From the human T2T-CHM13v2.0 reference genome, Homo sapiens, in NCBI RefSeq assembly GCF_009914755.1, contig NC_060930.1: a stretch of DNA of 64,000 bases; one strand, given 5' to 3'. The position numbers and the translations under genes were made by a program. Below the pieces are notes generated by a model. That model was not told where the DNA came from, ran no database searches, and worked only from the letters and a program-made list of their open reading frames with translations. Within the stretch, counting starts at the first letter, position 1, and each line of letters starts with the position of its first letter. This document shows positions 58,601 to 64,000 of this stretch, in pieces.

Positions 58601-61600
58601 TTGAGTATCCTCAACACAACTATTTTGAATTTTCTGTCTGAAAGGTCACATATCTGTTTTTTCAGGATTGGTCCCTGAACTAAGTTTACTTAGTTCTTTT
58701 GGTGAAGTTATGTTTTCTTGGATGGTGTTGATCCTTGTAGATATTCTTCAGTGTCTAGACATTGAAGAGTTACGTATTTACTGTAGTCTTCACTGTCTGG
58801 GCTTATTTGTAGCCATCCTTCTTGGGATATTTGGAAGTACTTGGGTGTTGTGATCTAACCTGTATCTGCTTTAGGGGGCGCCCCAAGCCAGTAACACTGG
58901 TTTTTCCAGACCCATAGGGGTACTGCCTTGATGTTCTTGGACCAGATCTGAAAGAATTCTTTGGATTACCAGGCAGAGACTCTTGTTTTCTTTCCTATTT
59001 CCTCCCAAACAGAGTGTCTCTCTGTCCTGAGCCACCTACAGTTGGAGGTGGAGTGACACAAGCACCCCTGTGGCCACCACCACTCTGACTGTGCTGGGTC
59101 AAATCTGAAGCCAGCACAGCATTTGGGTCTCACCCAAAGCCTGGTGTAATCATTCCTGGCTACTGCCTATGTTCACTCAAGCCCCTGGTGCTTTACAATC
59201 AGCAGGTGACAAAGTCAGCCAGACCTATGTCCTTCCCTTCAGAGTGGCAAGGTCCCTCAGATCCCAGGTGGGTCCAGAGGTGCTGTCTGAGCATTAGAGA
59301 CTAGAGTAAAAAACCTTAGAAGTCTACTTGGTGTTCTATTTTATTGTGGCTGAGGTGGCACTCAAACAAAACACCGTCCTTCCCACTCTTTCCTCCTCTT
59401 TCCAAAGGCAGAGGCTTCTCTCCCTGTAGTCACCACCACCCCAGGCCATGAGGAGTACTGCCAGACTACTAGCTATTGCTCCCTAAAGGCCCAAGGGCTC
59501 TTAAGTCAGCCTGTGGTGAATACTGCCTGGCCTGGGACTCACATTTCAGGGCAGTATGCTCCCCTCTGGCCCAGGGCATATCCAGAAATGCCATTTAAGA
59601 GTCAAGTCCTAGAATTGGGGTCCCCAAGAACCCACTTTATATTCTACCCCCTGTCACCATGCTGGTACCTGAGGTGCAAGACAAAGTCCCCTTTACTTTT
59701 CCCTCTGCTTTTCTCAAGCAGAAGGAGTTTTGCCCCATAGCCACCACAGCTGATAATATGCTGAGTCTCACCTGAAATCAGCAAGTGTCAGAGGCTCACC
59801 AAAGGTTCTGGACATAGTACCTGTGTATTGTTGCTGGTTATTCAGGGCCCAAAGGCTCCTCAGTTAGCAGGTGATGAATGCTGCCAGGACTGTGTCCTTT
59901 CCTTTAAGGCAGCAGGTTTCCTTCTGGCTCATAGTGTGTCTAGAAATGTTATCTGAGATCTAGGCCCGGAACAAAGGCCTTATAACTGACTGGTGCCCTT
60001 TCTTGCTGTGGCTGAACTGGTAACCAAGATGCAAGACAATATCTTACCCACTCTCCCCTCTCCTATTCTTAAGTGGAAAGACAGGGACTCTTTTGGAGCC
60101 ATGAGCTGTGCGGGCTGGGGTTAGGGGAGAGATGATGCCTGCACTCTTTTGGCTGCCCCAGCTGGTGTCTCAGTATATCGTGTGCCCCCTGAGTCCACTG
60201 TCTCTGGCCCTAGGACTCATCTAAGAGTTGCAGTCCTTATGGCCTAGACTGTCTTTCAAATTTATTTGGAGACACAGAGCACTGTAGACCACCACGGTGA
60301 TGTTTACAGGCACTCAAGTTAGGACCACTAGGATTGGTGATTCCCCTCTGGCTAGGGCTCTCTCTGTGGGCTGGCATCAGCTGAGTTTGGTTGCATTTTC
60401 CTTTCTGCTGTAACAGGACAGCACTAAGTTCAATGCCTCACAACTGCTGTGTTTTCCCTCCCCTAGTTCCTAGAGACGCTTTCAACACCATGCTGCCATT
60501 GCCAGTGGGGATAGGGAGTGGAGGCAGTGTTTCAGGACTTTAAAAAATCTCTTTAGTGCTTCCTTCAGTGATACGAAGTTAAAACCAGGTAATATGAGTG
60601 CTCACCTGATTTTTGGTTCTTAGGAAGGTATTTTTTTCTGTGTAGATAATTGTTTTCTTGGTGTCCTTGCAGTGAGGGGACAATTGGTGGAGCCTTCTAT
60701 TTTGCCATCTTGCTCTGCCTTCTCTCTAAATATGTTTTTATTTACAAATTGTAGGCTCAGTGTTTTAGAAATAAAGCGTTTAATATAAACTATGTTTTTA
60801 GTCCACATGGTCAATATGTACTATGTCTATAGTATGCTAGTCATACTACTAGGGAAAAATTAAGAATATACCTAGAGAAACATAATCATTAAAACAAATG
60901 TGTTTGGATCATGATTATGAACTCAAGTGTGAGTGCTTAAGTTTTATTTTATTCAGGATGTTTATGTAGATTATGTAGAAAGTATGAAAGATTATTCATA
61001 GTCTATTTTTAAACCAGAAGCAACTGTATCAAGTTAAAGCCTAGAATTGTAATTTCAATTGGAATATCACCCTGTCTAATTAGGAACATTTCTTCCTGGT
61101 TTGAAATACTCTTCCAGTATATGTTGTAATGAATGAGAAGAGCTGTGGTTTTCACTGATGCTCCTGATATTTGTTGGAACCACCTTACATAATTGGAGGA
61201 TTAGGCAGACAGGATTAATCAGGAACTTTGAGTTCTGATTTGATTCACGTCAAGATAGATACAATCTGAGGGTCATTAATTGAAAGTTCTTTCTTACAGA
61301 TTTTTAAGTTTTATTTCTCCATCTCTAAAGCAACAAGTTCTTAAACCAGATGAAAATGTCCTATAAACCACAATGTTCAAAATATTTTCTACACTTTGTC
61401 TTTCTTTAGGTCATTGAATAGAAAAGAATATTATCCTTCTGTACCTTCTTAGGTTGATTTGCTGAAAGCAGATGTGAATCATTGGGCTTGAGATATACTC
61501 CTAATAAAACAAAATACAATATGTAGCTGATCTGAGGAAAAATAATTTATTGAACTTCTTCAGAGTTTCCAGTGCTTCTATTTCCATAATGTATAACATT

Positions 61601-61689
61601 TATGTTTACCAGTATGTTTGAGACTTGTGGTTTTTTACTCAATAGCCATTTTCATCATTAAAAATACTAACAGATTGCTGACTTTTCCA

Positions 61690-61940
61690 GGCAGGAATGT
61701 GCTCAGCTAAAATATCATATTTCTCAGTCTTCCTTGTAGCTGGGGTGACCAATTACATGCTAAGAGAAGTTGTTGGATGGTTTTAAGGATCCTTAAGGGA
61801 AAAACAGATAGCTGGCCTATGTTGTTTTTTATTTCACCTTTCTCCTTCCTGCTGCCTGGCAAGTGATCATGATAATTGAACTCTAGCAACTATTTTGGAC
61901 CAAGAAATGACCTTTAAGATGAACATGATGTATGTTGGGT
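61690..61940. mobile_element. Ancient ERVL/MaLR-type LTR fragment
   Basis: 'ccttcctgctgcctggcaagtgatcatgataattgaactctagcaactattttggacca' resembles MLT1/LTR33-type motif. Confidence 0.5.
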
Positions 61941-61964
61941 TATGGGAAAGTACAAGACAAGCTT

Positions 61965-62463
61965 TCATCAAGACTGCCTCAATGTTTCCCTCGACTAAAT
62001 TTTAGAGGGTTTCTTCCTGCGTTTAGGTCTGTGACCTACTTTTTTTTTTAGAACATTGACTTGGAGAAAACTTTCTATTGTAATTTTTTACTCTTCCTCT
62101 TTGATATATAAATCTTCTTCCAGCTTCTTGTCAGTTTTACAATACAGAAGTGTTATCCTCAGGGACTTGGAGGTCAACCATTGAAATGTAATAATCAAGA
62201 AAGATAGCTTTCCAATCTCCCAGTTTCTGTGGGAGGGTAGGAGCCTACCTTTGACAAGCAACACTTAGCAAACACAGATAACCAATCACATTGGCCAACC
62301 TTCTCCCTAACATCTTCCAGTTCTTTGTGTTGCCTCACCCCAGGGCTTAAAACTCCTCCCACTTTTTTTTTTCCAGAGTTGAGTTCAATGTCCGCTCTAT
62401 TGAAATAGTCCTATAAGTTTTCCTTGCCTATATAACTCTATTCAGTGAAACTTTTCTTTGACA
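61965..62463 (+). mobile_element. MER67-like ERV1 solo LTR
   Basis: 'ctcccagtttctgtgggagggtaggagccta', 'agagttgagttcaat', ends ttttctttgaca. Confidence 0.7.
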
Positions 62464-62489
62464 CCCTGGAATATCTTATTGTGTGAGAT

Positions 62490-62925
62490 GAGTCTATCTT
62501 TATAAAAGAAAGCTAGTTAATAAACGAAGAATAAATGAAAGAATTAGACAACTGTCATGCTGTGACCCTCAGTGTACTAACTATTTAGCCAAGAACTATC
62601 AATGGATGCTATAATCATTAGGTGAAAGGTTATAGGGGAACAGAATATATCAGCAGGGTGCCTAAGTAGTAGCATTCAGGTCACTTATTCATTGTAAGAA
62701 TCAAAGTATCATTATAATAGAGAGATCTAGTTGTTACTAATTTAACTAAATGGTCTCCCTTAGTGTTGTAGTGTCACTAGTAAGAAATAACCTGACATTA
62801 TGTGTCTCCTGATATGAGGTAATATAAAATATGACACATTGCCTCTGAAATTTCCTTGTCAAAAAATGTTTTCCTAAATCCTTCCAAGTCTCCAGAGTTA
62901 AGTACCAGTTTATAGGAAGCCATTG
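62490..62925 (+). mobile_element. L1MC-type 3' UTR fragment
   Basis: 'atcaatggatgctataatcattaggtgaaagg', 'aacctgacattatgtgtctcctgatatga'. Confidence 0.6.
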
Positions 62926-63772
62926 TATTTATTTAAATAAAAATGCTTCTCTTTCAGACGGCAGATAGACTAATTAGAGGAATGAATATTTTTCTTTGGT
63001 CTTCAAGATTAGAGGATGGTAGAGGCCCAAAATAGGAGGAACCTGAAGAACCAGTTTCCACTTGGAACTGGTATAGCTTGACTGCAAAATTGTGGACTTG
63101 TTTTTATGTGAATATAGAAATGAACTTCTATCTTATAGAAGGCAGTGTATTTTAGAGTTTCTATTATATGAAATGAACACTGACATAAACAGAAAGTTTG
63201 AGAACCTGAATTATGGTTCATTTAAATCAGCAAAATTGTAACTTTCTCTGCCACATTGAACAAACCTTGCTATCTGCATTAAAGTGGCAGAGCCACTGCA
63301 AGGATGGAGTGAGTAGACAAAATCTATTTATATGTATTTAAAACAGAACAATCCAAAAGTATGTAGGTTGTATATTGACCACCTAATCAAAAAATATAAT
63401 TAGCATCATGTGAAAATAAAATATGAAAAATAAGTAGCTAAATGTCCTTGAAAACAAAATCTTAGAAATATAAAAGGAACAAAAAACTTAGTCCAAACTT
63501 TTCTTCCTACAAATGTGAAAACTCATTTCCAGAAGGTAGAGTGACTTCTCCAAAGTTATACAGTTCATTAGAAGTACAGTTGGACCTAAAACTCAAGCCT
63601 TCATATTCTTAAGAGTGTTCTCTTTCCACTGCCAGCTAAAACCAGGGGAAAAGTGAACACGTTCTAAGGGAGTCTAGGCCACTTTAGAAGTTTCACTGAA
63701 GTCATAGAAAAGGATCATAAGTTAAGAGAATTTCCCTGTGGGTTAGATGGTATTTAAATGGAGGTTTTAAAA

Positions 63773-63876
63773 AATCGCTTGAACCCAGGAGGCAGAGGTT
63801 GCCATGAACCCAGATCATGCCACTGCACTCCAACCTAGGTGACAGAGGGAGAATCTGTCTCAAAAAAAAAAAAAAG
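63773..63876 (+). mobile_element. 5'-truncated Alu (right-arm end) with poly(A)
   Basis: 'aatcgcttgaacccaggaggcagaggttg...tctgtctcaaaaaaaaaaaaaa' at a tttt/aaaa site. Confidence 0.88.
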
Positions 63877-64000
63877 ATAAAGAAAAATGAATTTCAACAT
63901 TTAATCAGAATGTTTTTCATCACTTATTAAAAAAGGACCAATACATTAACTGAAGATGTGGCAGCACAAAAACATGTCTTCCCGATGTTAGAATAAAGAG

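Overview
This is AT-rich, CpG-depleted primate (human-like) non-coding DNA, intergenic or deep intronic, and most of it is transposon-derived. I found no recognisable host protein-coding exon, RNA gene or CRISPR array; the long ORFs in the track are broken LINE-1 ORF1/ORF2 pieces. Two nested insertion stacks dominate. (1) An ancient plus-strand L1M(E)-type element spans ~6.9-24.4 kb and holds a MER57 LTR, a full-length L1PB1-like element (itself holding an AluY-like copy), L1MA fragments, Tigger4b, THE1A and an unexplained insert. (2) A ~20.9 kb minus-strand stack at 39.8-60.7 kb is a full-length L1MA1/2-like element holding an L1PA fragment, a THE1 and a near-full-length L1PA8, which in turn holds a full-length L1PA3/4. 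That L1PA3/4 keeps the 129-bp ZNF93-bound segment and an open antisense ORF0 with an in-frame 18-bp duplication. The signals least explained by repeat annotation are two short, near-identical local copies ~2.4-2.5 kb from their templates (43 bp inverted from an LTR; ~73 bp direct inside a TA microsatellite), and a candidate L1PB 3' transduction. I see no convincing new biological system. Subfamily names come from recalled consensus sequences, and the boundaries of old repeats are approximate.
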